Of a DNA stretch of 64,000 bases, positions 33,016 to 47,203 are shown one piece after another. The DNA is taken from NCBI GenBank assembly GCA_048013815.1, contig CM106586.1:1860001-1924000 (forward strand). Reading direction: 5' to 3'. This DNA is from Setoptus koraiensis. Lineage: Eukaryota; Animalia; Arthropoda. How positions within the stretch are numbered: the first letter of the stretch is position 1; every line of letters begins with the position of its first letter. A program made the translations under genes and the position numbers. The notes below the pieces were generated by a model. The model had not been told where the DNA came from. It made no database searches and was given only the letters and a program-made list of their open reading frames with translations.

Positions 33016-35092
33016 ATTCCGGTGTCAGCTAACGGATAGTGGTATCATACATTAACTGAAAACAGCCCGTCATAGATAAAGCCTGAGAGCGAGTGTGTCG
33101 TCTAACATTGTTGTTAGTTTGTAATCTGCTGCTCGTGCACTATGCGACTATCACAACAACCAAGTGTGTTGGTGTGCGACTTTTAACCTTGGAACCATCC
33201 GCTGCCATTAGGCTTGATAGCCGGTGGCAGAGAAGGGCCTTGAATAGATGGATTCGTTCTTGAGATAACAAGCGTGACTTTTATAACGCGCCCAACCAGC
33301 AAATGGTGACTATTTCCATATTGGCCATAGATAGATAAAGCCATAGATAAAGTTAGATTCGGCTAACTCTTCTAACTCGCTGTCTCACAGTATTGGCCAT
33401 ATCAGCAATCGTTGCGGCAACACATTCACAACGCAATCCGAAATCTCATTATTGAATGCGAAATTCAAAATTTGAAAGCTCTACACACAAAAGCAAGGCA
33501 GCCTGTGAACTTATAAAACAAGCTGCATCATTAGTGTGGCTGACAATGACGACCATCGTTGCTCGCCATAAAAACAACAAATCCACAGTCATTAGGGCTA
33601 CCACACTGTAAATTGTACCGAATCGCGAAGAAAAAACTCTTTGTTGTCAACAGTCGATAGATTGTTAATAATTCTTATCCCCAGGCAAATGCTGCCAGTG
33701 AGATTCGCACTGCGACAAGAATGACAACGCGCGAAAACGCGATTGAGAGCCAAAATGGCGTCGTATTTTTGTTCAATAAATTGTCGATCAATTAGCTGCA
33801 CTTGGAGCAACCACCAAACCAATATTTGGATCATATTTGCAAATGAATGATTTAGTTCAGTTGGCTGAGATTTACAATTTGTTTGTCGAGTTGTATCTGG
33901 TTGGTGCATCAGTTCACTATGAGAGTATATTCAAGTTGTCACAATGATGATAACGATGACACTTATTACTGTTTTCAATCAACAATTGTCAAAATGACCT
34001 GCAACGATGACAAGTGACCATTGTATACGATGGTAAATAAATGCACGCATCCGCATTACATAACATTGCCAATTTATTAATCTCTGTGGGTGTGTATTAA
34101 TGCAATAGCTGGCTAATAATGCTAATGATGTTGCTTGAAGGCTTGCTTCGGACGATGCACATTCTGACGCCTGGTAGTGGACATGACACTCAACACGATC
34201 GCAGTGCTTGTTTTGACATTTTTCCACCTATTCACAGACGGTCAAACGCTGCATTGTGCTGACCATTACGACAACAACAACAGTAAGAGTTTCAACTTGA
34301 ACAACAACTTGCACAAACGCCATCACAAACAAATCTCAGATACCTCAATAGGCGCCAAGCTGGCAAGCAGTCATGACTCACGAGTATCGTATAATCATAA
34401 TACTGTCGCTTGTCACTCAAACAGCTGACGGCCAACAGCTTGTGATAGAATGTGATCTGATTTACAGTGACATTTAGTTACTATTCACAACAGTGCGTCA
34501 CTATATCTTAGGCAAGCATCTATCATGACACCACCGATGGATCATCGGTAGCTTGGCTTGTGTTGCTTATGTGAGCCCATGTCACTTGTAATGTGTGGAT
34601 GTTATAATGTTAAAAAAAACAGAGCCTGTCTAAAAGGCAGCATTTTGTGAGATTACGCACAAGATAGATACACCTGTTCTCAACACTAGCCACTACAATC
34701 TAGACTAGATATATCAACACATGACACATGACGCAATGCACAAGTTGGCAGTTGTAATGGCAGTCACAGTTTGCACGCTGACTGTGTATGTATGTCAATT
34801 TTGTGTCAATGTCGTAAAATGATGTCGAGAAGGCGATATCATTTTAGGTGATAAATAAATTATCATCAGTACAAGCACACGGTCAAGTGTCAAGTGTGCC
34901 TACTGCTTGTGTCAAGTGCATTTCGCCTATTTCTTGGACAGGCTTCTCTCTCTCTCTCACTTTATCTTTCTTCTTTTTACCTTCTTCTTTTAGTTTTGTT
35001 CATCGCAAACTAAAAGAACAACAAACAAACGATTCTTGTGCGTCATAACTTCTCTGACTTGTTATTCTTCTTGTCGTTCTAGTTCAACTGAA

Positions 35093-35263
35093 ATGCATGC
35101 GAAGCTTCTCTTGGGACGATCACCTCTTCGAATACGAACCGTGTTGCTGTCACTGTTGCTGTCGTTGTTGTTGTTGTTGCTGATGCTGTTGTTGGCATTG
35201 CAACCAGCGCAGTCTAGTCGCACTACAAGTGCACAACAATCTCAGATGGGAGCGCAAAGCCAG
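35093..35263 (+). CDS. Candidate first coding exon of a secreted protein (signal peptide); rest of the gene not located
   Basis: Pyrimidine-rich acceptor ending at 35082, ATG at 35093, MHAKLLLGRSPLRIRTVLLSLLLSLLLLLLMLLLALQPAQS..., donor CAG|GTTAGA at 35264. Confidence 0.45.
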
Positions 35264-38200
35264 GTTAGATCTCACTTGAACTTATCTTATAGAAGCGGCC
35301 AGCCTATGAATTAGGTTGTTTCGCCTCAGGCGTGCCCGACACAACCGGTGATGGGGCGATCGCCACCATTGGCCTCTGTGTGTGTGTCTCTCTATCAGGA
35401 GGTCAGAATGCACGTTGCCAACAACATAAAATAGAATGGATGTAAACATATCCATTCCATTTATATGCTCAAGGCTATAGTGGCCATAGTGGCTGTGTAG
35501 TGGGCACTACACACTCAAGTTGCTGTTGCGCACGGCCCCAAAGTGAGCTCCCACAAGCTCGCCCAGAGGGCGCCTCTCGCCCTGCCCCTAATTCACTGGC
35601 TAACCAGCTTGTGCAACCAACTGGCACTCAATCCATCATCGGTGTTGCTAGTCATCGTGTGCTTGTGTCTATACTAATAACTGACCATAAGTGGAGCTTC
35701 CGACGAGTTGGCCGCCAACCGACACCATATGAATTGTTCAATGTTAACTACTAACTATACGTTGTTAATGTTCATTATGGGCAGTTGTTGTTGTTGGTGG
35801 TGGTGCTGTTGTTGTCTCAAGTGTTGTGTGTGTGTGTGTGTGTGTGCCTCGACCACTTATAACACCTGAATAGCGGGCTCATTTTGAGGCAGCGGCCACA
35901 GTGTTGTAAATGAGTGACCATAATAGTAGCAGGAGTAAATAACAGTGCAGATGCAGCCAGCCGATTGGTCAATTGGCAAGCTGACCAGCAAGTGAAACAG
36001 CTGACCAGTCTGCAGTGACACAGTAAAGAGTAGCTAGAACAATGGGGACACCAACAACAAACAACAACAACGACAACAACAACGACAACAACAACAACCA
36101 CGACAACAACGAGATTGCCCGACGATTATAAGAAGAATGGACAGCACACACACACACACAAAGACAAATACACACAGAGAGTGAGACAAATACAAACAGA
36201 AGGATATTCAAGAAGAGGAGCGATATTCAAGATTTAGTTCAACTGTCAGTTGTTGGCTGTTGTTGGCAAGCAGACAAGTGGAAGGTACTCGACAGAGCAT
36301 GCTGCAGAGTATAACACAGAGTAATCATGAGTTGTCATGACATAACAACGAGTTACGTTAATGTGCAATGGTCACACATGCACACAAACAGACAACAACA
36401 TCGACACAACCAACCAAATATATAACAGTGATGACTTTAGTCACACACTGTCGGAATACGTCATTTGCAACGAGCAGCCATTGTTTGGCAAGCTACCAGA
36501 CAATATGTGTGCTGTTCACTCAAATGCCGTTTTGCCGTTTCAATGGCTCGCGCACACTTGGCCAGACGCCCCCGAAATAGAGGCTCACAAGTGCTGGCGA
36601 AAGTTTGTATCCAGTGTCTGGCGGCAAGACGGGCGCTTGTGCAACCATTGTGGCCATTCAATGTCCACTGACAAACGTTGTGAGCCAAACGATCGACGAG
36701 CGATTGTGTTTGCTCGCTCTGATGGTGCCATCAACTTATGGCTGCCCATATATCTGAATTTGCTGTCTTGCCTGATGGGCCGCACACTTTGCACAATGGG
36801 CTGGCCACGGCGACGAGCCGCCAGCGAGGAGCTGCCAGCGAGGAGCAGCCAGAAAGAGGCTGCAGAAAAGATCAAAGATGCTTGTGGCGAGCTTAATAAC
36901 GATCGCCGCGGCCAGATAAAGCTGATAAGCATCTCGCTCACAAGTCACTGAGTGGCCAGTGGCGAGAGGGATACAATTTCACGCAATCGATAACTCTTGT
37001 TTTGCCGTCTCTATCTATCTCGAGTTATCTATCTATTTAGCTGTGCATGGCATGTACAGGCTGGCCCAACAACGATACCGACATTGACCAATCAATGATG
37101 ATCGGGATGCGGCTCAATTGTAACAAATTACTCCACTGGCCACTGGTCAGCGCACCAAGGCCAGCAATGGGATCGAGCGCGGTCAGAGCAAGAGCGCAGT
37201 CAGAGCAGCAGCGCAGCCAGAGTAAATTGGCAGTGGCGAAAATTATCAAATCTTACATACATTTGATAATTTGCAGCAACAAGATGAATGGATGGCTTGC
37301 GGATTGATTGTCGGATTAGTGGCAGCTCGGCCGGCAATGGACATTTAATGATGACCATGGGCATGCACACATCCGAGCCACATACAAAACACATACTAAA
37401 CACATACAAAGCGCCAGGCGAGCCAGCGCAACGTTAATGGGACAGCATCGACGAATTCTCGACAGCAATTAACACCAACGCAATTAATCTAATGGGCAAT
37501 CAATTTTTTCTCTAATCGTTCCCAAAGCCAGCCTGCAATTTAATTCAGTTGGGCCAACAAGCCAGCCAAGCGGAGTGAGAGGCAAAGTTATCGCGCGCCG
37601 AGTTGGCCAAGGTGCCAATTGTGAACACTCTCTGTTGGCTCTAATTATTATTTATTATTATTTATCTCGATAGATTTATAGATTTCTGGCGGTGGCGGCC
37701 TGTCATGTTATCAGAAATAAAAAGCCATCAGTGCAGGCTTGTGTGTGTGTGTTTGCTTATCTCGATTGGCGGCGGTGTGCGCTTATTTATTGCCTTGCGC
37801 TATCCGCCGTCGATCTCTCACTCGATCCGACGAGCTGTCGGCCTTCCATTCGACGACGATGGCTCAACGGCTCAAGCTTGGGCTTGGTCACACTGGCCAG
37901 CTCGTCGCGCCGCGAAGAATGAAGAAATGAAGGAATGTAAAAATAAATAAATGAGGGCGCACTCGTAAATAATGATGATCGCTATCATACCATTAAAGGC
38001 CCAAGCGGCGCTTATTTTATCCCTTCGATGCTATCTCGTTTGATCCGATTTGATCCGATCCAATATGATCCACTGATTTGAGCCACTTGAAAAACGCCTC
38101 TGCAAGGCCATTGTTGTGCAGCCTTGTGCCTCAAGTTGTTATCTCACTCGGAATACATCAGCTTGCGCTATTTCTCAGTGCATCATGTTGAAAACAATGC

Positions 38201-41200
38201 TAAAATTGCAATTTTGTAACAACAAGTGTCCATTTGCGAAAGGAGTGCCCTCTAGCTGAGCACCGGCCATCTCCCGCCAACAATGGCCAGTGCACAAGAA
38301 GCGCCAGTGTAATGTGTGGCCAATGTAACCAGAGTTATCTGGTAATAGTGGCAATAATAATGCTACACGACGACGACGACGACGACGCCGCCGACGACGA
38401 TCATCGTTATCGTTATTATTATTTTCATTTCTATAATCAATGGAATGGCCATAAAAATAATGCCCCCGCTATCTACCAATACAATGAGTGTTGCACTATC
38501 TATCTATTACGTATTCTCGATAACAACAACACAGTAGCCTAATGGCCAGTGTGAGATGGGCTTCATCACAAGGCGCCTTACATTACCAAAACACACACTG
38601 TGTGAGTCTGACAAATTGCAATCATAACCAATTGGGCCAGCAGAGAGAAGAGCAATTTCATTGGAGATTATCGCACAGCGCGCTAAAACATTGATAGGAT
38701 TGAATAATGCGTGGCGGATAAAAGCATAAATTGAAATCTCGGGCCTCCTATCAAAAGTCGCGCAACGGCCCATTTTATCCGCTTAACTCTGTGCTGGTGC
38801 CATGATTTGAAACGTGACCAGAGCCAACTGCGCTCCATACAATATAACCTATACAATATAATGTATACAGTATAATGTGTAAAATACAATGTGTAGAATA
38901 TAATGTGCAGAATGGCTCTCACTTGTTACCGATATGCCGGCCGAGCAACCAATTAGGCGGCTTACGTTGCTCGTGGGCCCAACATAAGCCGCCATTCAGA
39001 TTTACTCTGGCCGATAATTTTATTTTTGTTGAGCAACTTGCAAATTGATTGATTGGGCCGCGCAACAACTCGCGCGAACCCGATTACTTTCATCGCGTTT
39101 TGCTTGTCATGTTGTTTCGCTCGATTCTAATGCTGATTCGAATTCAGATTCGAATTGCAGTTGGAATTCGATGATTGAGCCGATTAACGATAACATTTGC
39201 CAAGTTCACTCAGCTGACTGACCATAACAACAGTCGCTTTGCCAATGACATACAGTGTAAGAGAACATATCATAAGATATAACATAGCAAAAGTGGCGGT
39301 TCGGGGCCACTTGCGGTGGCTCACTAAAGCGACAAGCCACACAAAAGTCGATTTTGTGAGGGCTGACGTCCAGCACCTAAGTGAGCACCTAAGTAATTTA
39401 GAGCCAGTGGATGGTAGTGATTTGAATTTAAATTATGAGCATTAGACTGGGCATTGTTGTGATGATGGCACCGACAACAGCACCGACCCATTGTGGGGCC
39501 CATTGTGGCCGAGTTGTCGTTAAATCGCTAAATCCATTAGGAACAGATGACGACAATAGTCATCGTTTCTCTCTTTATTTGTTTGTTTATCTGTCTGTTA
39601 AACCGTTAGTCTGTTGGCTTGGCAGTGACAGACACCAAAAGTTGAGTTAATTTCTAGTCGACGCTCGCCGACTGACTCAACTTTGGACGAGGCCAACACT
39701 AGCAGTGCTAGCGGCAACCACATTCGAGCAATTGCAATTGTTGGCAAGCAAAGAATACATGAATTTTTAATAAAAGTCAGCCGTATCATGTCAGCCAGAG
39801 GGGCCACAAACACAATTCAGCAACAACTCAGCAACGAGGGAGCCCTCAATTGAGCCGAAACGAGGGCATAATCATGCCGTCCTATCTGGCATAAATTTGT
39901 TGGCCCATCCATCCGTTTGTTGATTCGTTGTTGATAAAGTATCATCATAGCTGGAGGTTGGCTTTTTGCAAAATTATGCCCATGGTCACTAACTCACAGC
40001 GAAGATTGCGAGTTGTATCGCTGGCAGCCAGTGAACAATAACAAGCAGCAGCAATCCACTTAGGCCACCGGCCAGCCAGCATGGTGAGCCCGTCGGATAA
40101 TAGGTATTAGCGGGCATAATTTGCTGCTGATTTTATACGCTTTGTATTTGTTGGTGGTGCCATCCGTTGGTTGGTGTTTCTTGTGTCGGCCAGTTGTGTT
40201 ATCAGCTCACACAGTGTGAGCAGTGGGCCCACTTTTGGCAAAATTACAGCTACACTGTGTAGCGGAACTGGGCCGCATCTCGTTTGGATCTGGCGAGCAC
40301 GTTATATCAATCGATACAAACACACAAGTAAATATTTGCAATAACTCTAGTTGGCCAGTGAGCATCGAAATGGGCTTACAATGCACTCATTTATGAGGAG
40401 CCCTTGCGCTCATATTGCGACCGATTTCATTTGTGGCGATAATATTGAACAGAGCAAAGTGAGTTGCCACAATCGGTTACGGTTATTGCCAGGCCGCTAC
40501 CATTATTATCATCATCATGATTATCATTATTATTATCATCATCATCATCATTATTAGATTTTGCAGCTAGATCGGAGGGGCCAGTGCGGGCAAGTGTGCC
40601 TTCCAACAGACAAGTGTTTGCTTTAAAGGAGGAGCCCGGCTCGCTCATGGTGCGTCTGTCCGTGTGTGGCTTGGCCCGCTCACTGGAGTCCAGTGACTGG
40701 AGGGCCCCACCATTATGCCACCACAACTCAACGGTATATCCAGCACACGCAAATACACGCGGCTCGTATTATTATTGCACAATTGCAATATTTTCAAGTT
40801 GTTATAGTTGTGCCGTTATCTGGTTTCTATCAGCACACTCACACACACACGTACAAATGTACGTAGTGTCGTTGTTATTGTTGCTGTTGTTGCTGGTTGT
40901 TGCATCATTTCGACAGTCTCGATTGTCTGATGGGCCGGTGTCTCCCGGTTACCGGGCAAGCTGAGAACAGCCGAGAGCAGCCGAGAAGAGCCGAGAACAG
41001 GAAGAGAGAATGAGAGCAATTTAATCGAGCACACATCGCACTGCATTGAGATACATTCGACACGGCTAAATTGATACCTGGAACAACAACAACAGGCATG
41101 GCTGTTGGCGCAACCGACACCGACACAACACAAATACACACACTACAAATATCAGCTGATGTTGCCGAAAATACCAACTGCAAGCCAACGCCCACACTTG

Positions 41201-44200
41201 TCACGCTTCGGTGGGTCCCCAAAGTAAGAGGATCCTCGCTAGCAGTCGCTGCTGGCTGGCTGGCTCACTGGCTGGCTGGCTCACTGACTAGCCGGCTAAC
41301 TGGATAAATAGCGCTGGCCGGCAACTGGCACGTCTGTCGCACTGAATACTGTTGGTGTGTTTCACAAGTGGCACCAGGTGAGTTTATTGTCGCCTTATTG
41401 GGCCGACACGACAACAATTGTGAAATAAAGTGAAATGGGGATCCGCACACGACAACAAATCCAAGCACAAAATTGCCCGCTTTGTTGTGGGCAATGCCGC
41501 TTAAAATTGTCGTTCGCGACTCACCAATTATTGCAATAACTACTAGCGCCACTATGTAGCGGCCACCAACTAAACTGTATCATGTGAACTAGTTTATTAT
41601 AACATCCCCATTGTCTGTCTCTCTATGTGTGTGTACGCTCTATTTGAAACGAACGATGATGCAATGCAAACATATGACTCATATGCTTGATATGAGCCAG
41701 GTACTTTGATTTTGGATCACTATTGTTTGTTTGCTTACCGGCCAACTCACTGGCTCACTGGCTCGCTGTATGTGTGGCTCGCTATCGTCTTGCCAGACAA
41801 TTGGTAGTGTGTTTGCTGATTTGCATATCACTCACTCAAAGCTCTTGTTTTCATGTCAAGATCCGACTACTAGTATTAAAGTTATTAGATTGATTCGAAT
41901 TGAATTCAATTGTTTCGTAGTCACCTGTAGCGAACAGTGTGAGCCGTATTTGCATATGTGTGCTGGCCAGCTGATCAGGTGATGCCCGGTGAGCCAGCCA
42001 GCCAGCCAGCCAGTGAGCCAGCGATGCTTAGCGACCAGAGAATAGTGGCCAAGAGGGTGGGTGGTCAAGTGAATGCGAGAAAGAAGAATAAGCAAACAAT
42101 GCAAGAGAGTATGCAAATGGTTTATATGGTGCGCATAATAATAAATTGCGTCAGTTGTTCAATCAATTGTTCTCGCCTTGCCAATTGTGACTGGCCAATT
42201 GGTGGTAGCCAGACGAGAATAGGTAAATAGTATACGTACATATGTATGTGTGCTCGGACTATGGCCGATTTGATTGATTAATCATCGCCGTTGTACGACG
42301 CAGACATGACTACATTGCAGCAACAAATCACCTGTGTCTATGTATTTACAGGTGGTCGGTCTGTCGGTCGGCTAGCATTAGCATCAGTAGAGTCACCATC
42401 AACAGATACGGCAGCAGCAACAACAGCAGCAGCAGCGGGAGGTGGGTCTGGGGCGCCCACGGACACGGCCAATAAATCATCGCACCAAATGATTTGGCCA
42501 GCCGAATAAAATGTGTGCGTTGTTTGCATCATCATCATCATTAGATAGATACTATTCGTGTGCTTGCGAATGTACCTGTGATAAGCGAAACAAAACAAAC
42601 ACACTGTGTGTATATTACATCATCATATGATGAAGGTGAGACGACACACAAACAGAGGTTTGGCTGTAGTCAGCACCAATCAACATCAACTCGTCCTAAT
42701 CACTTCTTTGTTTGTTCAGCACACATTTATGTACATGTATAAATAAAACACAATCATCAAAGGCTTGGTTAGACCGTCAGAGAGAACGAGACAGGATGCG
42801 TGAAAACGCAAATTACTAATACACTCACCTTTGCACGGGCCCAACAAATGAACCGCGAAGAGCCAAAAGAGGACAAATTTGCCTATTGAGACACCGACTG
42901 GATTTAGACATAACCAGCCGGCTCGTTCCATTTTATTCTAATTTAATTTTTCTCTTTTCTTTTTTCTTTTCTTTAATTTTTGCGTTTCCTTCCTCAGTTC
43001 ACTTCCTAATTGCTAATACAAGTATGTCAATAAGTAACTTGTCGCGTCGTTCTCTATGTTCTGTTTTGGCTTCTTTTTTAAGTGTAACTAACAATTAATT
43101 AGGCTTCTTCGATGGTCTAATGATGCGGTCGCTGATGATGCACCTACTAACTTGTTTGTTTGCTTGTTTGTTTATTGTTGTGTTTTATCCTGTTCACTCA
43201 TGCTTCTCTTGTTTCCGCTGCTGATCAGCTGACCACACTATCAAGCGATCAGATGATCAGGGGATCTGGCGGTCAGGTGGCCAATTGACAGGGCGAGCGA
43301 GTGATTAGGTAAGTTTTGCAACTAACAACTTGCGGCTGTTGTAAATTGGTCGTCATTTTAACTTTGTCACATATGTAGTAATGTCATAACTCACTTTTTT
43401 GTTGATGTTCGCTGTCACTTGTCACGCTAACTAACCAACCAACTAACTAATTAATTAGGCATGCATCAATTGAGCTTGCGAATTGTTTCAATTTAGCTGC
43501 AACAAACAATGTCTGCTATTGTCTGTTCGACTGACCGACCAGATGGCAAATAACAAACAAATAACGAATAGCAAATAGCAAATAGCAAGTAGCAATTACA
43601 AACAAACGGAATGCACTTTCCACTTGCGCGCGCATGCGTCACCCAGTGTTCTTTCGATAGTGCGCAGGCGCAAAGGAAAGAACACCGGGTTTATTGCACA
43701 ATGTGCACGCATAATATATAACATAATGTATTACATAATATTCACTGGCAGTAGCAACTCATCGAAGGCGAGAATTCATTTCGATCAAATCAAAATTTCA
43801 ATTCGAGTATGTTGTTTGATCAGAGCACCAGTGTGTTTGTTTGCTCGGCAAATACGCCTTCCGTGGCAACTAGAATCGCTTGGGGATCTTGGCGCACTGC
43901 TTGAATCAATGTGGTGTCCCATCACCGATCCATTTTCAGTTTCTCAATCATGCTTTGCGAAGTGACTTGACACATTCTTGTTGCAAGTTGCTGTGGCCGA
44001 TATTCGAGCGTAAAACAGACCGGTTCTTGGCAGGTAATTGCAGTGAGATTTGCGAGACATTAGAGAGATTAAGTTAAATATTTAGTATATGTAATCCGCT
44101 TTAGAGAGTGTGCAAACCTGGCAGAGTGGAGCAGTCATTAGCGATTAGAGGCACACACAATGACGTTTGTATGTACCTCTAACCGACGTCTGTATGCTGC

Positions 44201-46936
44201 ACAAGTGTACAAGTATATGATAGAAACACAAGACTAGATTAGCCGTCAGCAAACACACTGACAACAACAACAAACAGCTGTCTTCCTTTTTCTCTACGAT
44301 CGATCATTTCCTCCTGTTGTTATTATTATTACCATTATGTAATAGTTTCAAATAGCGAAATTTTGGCCAATTTGAGCCAATTGGGCCTCACAAGCACACA
44401 TTGTGTCGCAAACACAAACTGGCATAGAGAGAAACTTTTTGTTGTGCACGAATAGAAACGCGAGACGGCCAACACAAACTACAGCTAAACGATTGTTTGT
44501 AATTGCTACATCGTTGCAGATTCATTTTGGCCCATTCTGGGCCGCATCAATGATGTCCGACTGTTAGTTTGTGTGTGTGAGTGTGAGTGTGTGGGTACCC
44601 GCACAACCACCGTTGGCCAGCGTGCGGGTGTCAAACAAACACAGTGTGGTTGTCACGGAACTCCAGTTGTCACGTGCTATTGTGACACACAAACAAACGA
44701 GAGATATATCTCGGCTTCCGATTGTGTGTGTGTGCTCTGTTTTCCGCAATTGCAATTTGTGATTACCATACTATTTGGAGCAAGCCACTAGTGAGATATG
44801 CCAATAGCGACTGGAAATACAGTATGACAGTGTGGCGATAAACAAACACTGACCAGTGTCAATGGCGGCCATCAGAAGCAAAATTGGTCGGACAGATATA
44901 AACTTTGTGTGCATTTAATCAAATCATGTGGGCACTTTGCAACGAGCAACGGTGGCCGTTTTAGCTCATTAATGAAGCTTTCTTCAGCCTCTTTTTGCTT
45001 CTTTTGCTTATTTAAATCTATATCGATCGTTTGTCCGCCACTGTTTATTTGCAGCCAACTACTACTACTAGTCATGTACAACGACAAATCTTTTTGCTGC
45101 CAACTGTTGTTGTCGTTCCACGACCAGTCAACTGTGTGTCCAATGGGCCGGCAAACAAGCCATCGAAAGTGTGCATTGGGCCTCATTAGGGGAATGGGCC
45201 ACACACACACGAATGGTATTGACCGACACCATGCCGATGCCAGCGATTGGCCAGTGTGTTTGGGGCTTATTGCAGAATCAGCACCACAGTTCGTGATGGG
45301 CAAAAGAAAAAGTAATAACGAGTGACAGTTTATATGTTTTGATGGGGTCCCCCTCTCTCTCTCTCACTAATTTCTCACATTCGCTCTCTCACTGGTCTGT
45401 ATCTTGAAAAGTATGGTCACACAACAACGACGAGCATATGCATTCGCGTAACAATGAAACGAGAACAGAGAGAGAGAGACAGAGGAATAAGTCAATCAAA
45501 CCAAGATGAGAAGTCCAGCATCAAATAATCAGCTGATTTATCTTTATTGCTTTTATTGCCTCTTACTGCTGGCCCTTTATGACGCCGGCTGTTGTTACTT
45601 TATTACTTGCCTGATCCAGCAAGTAGCCCATTACTGGAGCCCATTGTCCCGTTAAATGACGACAATGGCACAATAGGCCTTTGGCCCTCTACTCGGCTCA
45701 CTGGCCTCAATGGTCCACTGTCCGACTGGCTGCTCGACTGGCTCGCTGACCGGCTGGCTGGTTGCCAGGCAGTCTGCCAGGATTGACTGACATTGGCGGG
45801 CTCAATTCTTGGCGCACGACCTATGATTTTCAAGCCTATTATTATGTAATAGTACAAACTGAATTGCGAACCAGACAGTTGTTGTGTTTCTATTATTGTC
45901 ACGAACACGAACACACACACACACACACACACTTATATACAAACATTGGTGCCGGTGATACTAGTCAGTCAGAGATAACGTACGATACTACTACGTAAGA
46001 TACTATTGGTGATGGGCACCCATCAGATCCACTTCAAGTGATCAACCTAACTAACTCTCCAAATTCAGATAAACTGAAACCAACAATAATGCCACCATTG
46101 CTGCTGTTCGTTATTAACTAACTTGGCCCATTCACTCATTTATTTATCCGCGACGAGACATTACAGTTTGCTTGTTGAAGTTGCTCGCGCAAAAACGGCT
46201 ATAAAATAAAATGACTCATCTCTCTCCTTCTCTGATAGGTTATAACAACTAAACCTACCCGCCAACGTAACCATGAACGTGTTCCCCTAGTGACGGCAGT
46301 ATTTAAAATAAACGATCATTATATTATGTCAGTCACTAGCCTCTGGTTTGCGCCATGAATTTTACGTTCCAACAAACTCGTAATAAACATAAATCATGAT
46401 CAATGGCCCTTTCGTGACGTGCCACCGACAACGACCAGAACTATCTAAAGACTTATGTCGCCGTGCAGTGTCTCTCTCTCTCTATTTGGCCTGTCTCTTC
46501 ATTCTTCAAATTTAATAATGCTACCCGCACACGCCACTCGGACATTTTAGCCAGCGAAGTTTGTTTGATTACATTAGCCTATTTATTCTGATCTACCTCG
46601 TCGCAAGGCCTCCACAGGAAGTGTCGGGGAGAGCAAGAAAACTTGTTGTTGGACCCGCAATGTGGAGTCCATGAAGGAATGCGAGTTTTCAACTTGAGCG
46701 GGTTCAAATTTGGCGCTCTCTCTCAACAAACGATGCTCAAATTGAAAATCAATTGAGAACTAAAATAATTCATTTTCATGCCGTCACTAAAAGACAAATG
46801 CTCAATTACTCAGCCCAACTCAAACAACGTTACTTATCAAGGAAATTTATTAGCTTGGATTATAGACAAGAACAACAACTTACAAGTTTGTGCACAATTA
46901 CCAAGGACAACAACAAACAAAAGAGAAATTAACAAG

Positions 46937-47203
46937 ATGCCTCACGTTCTCACTGTGGTGGGCATTTTATCCCTGTTGCATTCCGCCTTCTCGGCCGCAC
47001 AATCGCCTAGTCAACATTTGCCAACTGATATAGTTGTTCAGGCGTTGCTGTCAATGTTCTTAAGTATGGCCGGTATTGTTAGGAGCTGTAAATTCATTGA
47101 CATCAAATACAGTGGACACAAGAATTTAGACACCATACTCAATAGGCCAGGATTTTATCTATACAACCATAGGGGTAGATTTATCTATCCTAAAACGATA
47201 TGA
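46937..47203 (+). CDS. MMGT1: ER membrane protein complex subunit 5 / membrane magnesium transporter
   Basis: VVGILSLLHSAFSAAQ...LPTDIVVQALL...NRPGFYLYNHRGR matches the EMC5/MMgT pattern. The likely start is Met54 of the tracked ORF. Confidence 0.88.
   Translation: MPHVLTVVGILSLLHSAFSAAQSPSQHLPTDIVVQALLSMFLSMAGIVRSCKFIDIKYSGHKNLDTILNRPGFYLYNHRGRFIYPKTI

Noticed and set aside
17000-46500. Dozens of 60-200-aa ORFs in the ORF track; also miRNA, snRNA or tRNA genes
   Set aside because: The ORFs are driven by microsatellite or low-complexity sequence with no domain signal. I recognised no tRNA, snRNA or conserved miRNA by eye; tRNAscan-SE and Rfam would be needed to exclude them.
46597-46672. 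Minus-strand first exon MDSTLRVQQQVFLLSPTLPVEALRR|gtagat, divergent from EMC5
   Set aside because: Plausible, but only 25 codons with a moderate donor and no downstream exon I could link, so it is not supportable.
46778-46936. N-terminal extension of EMC5 in the ORF track
   Set aside because: AT/CAA-rich and UTR-like; homology begins at Met54 (46937).
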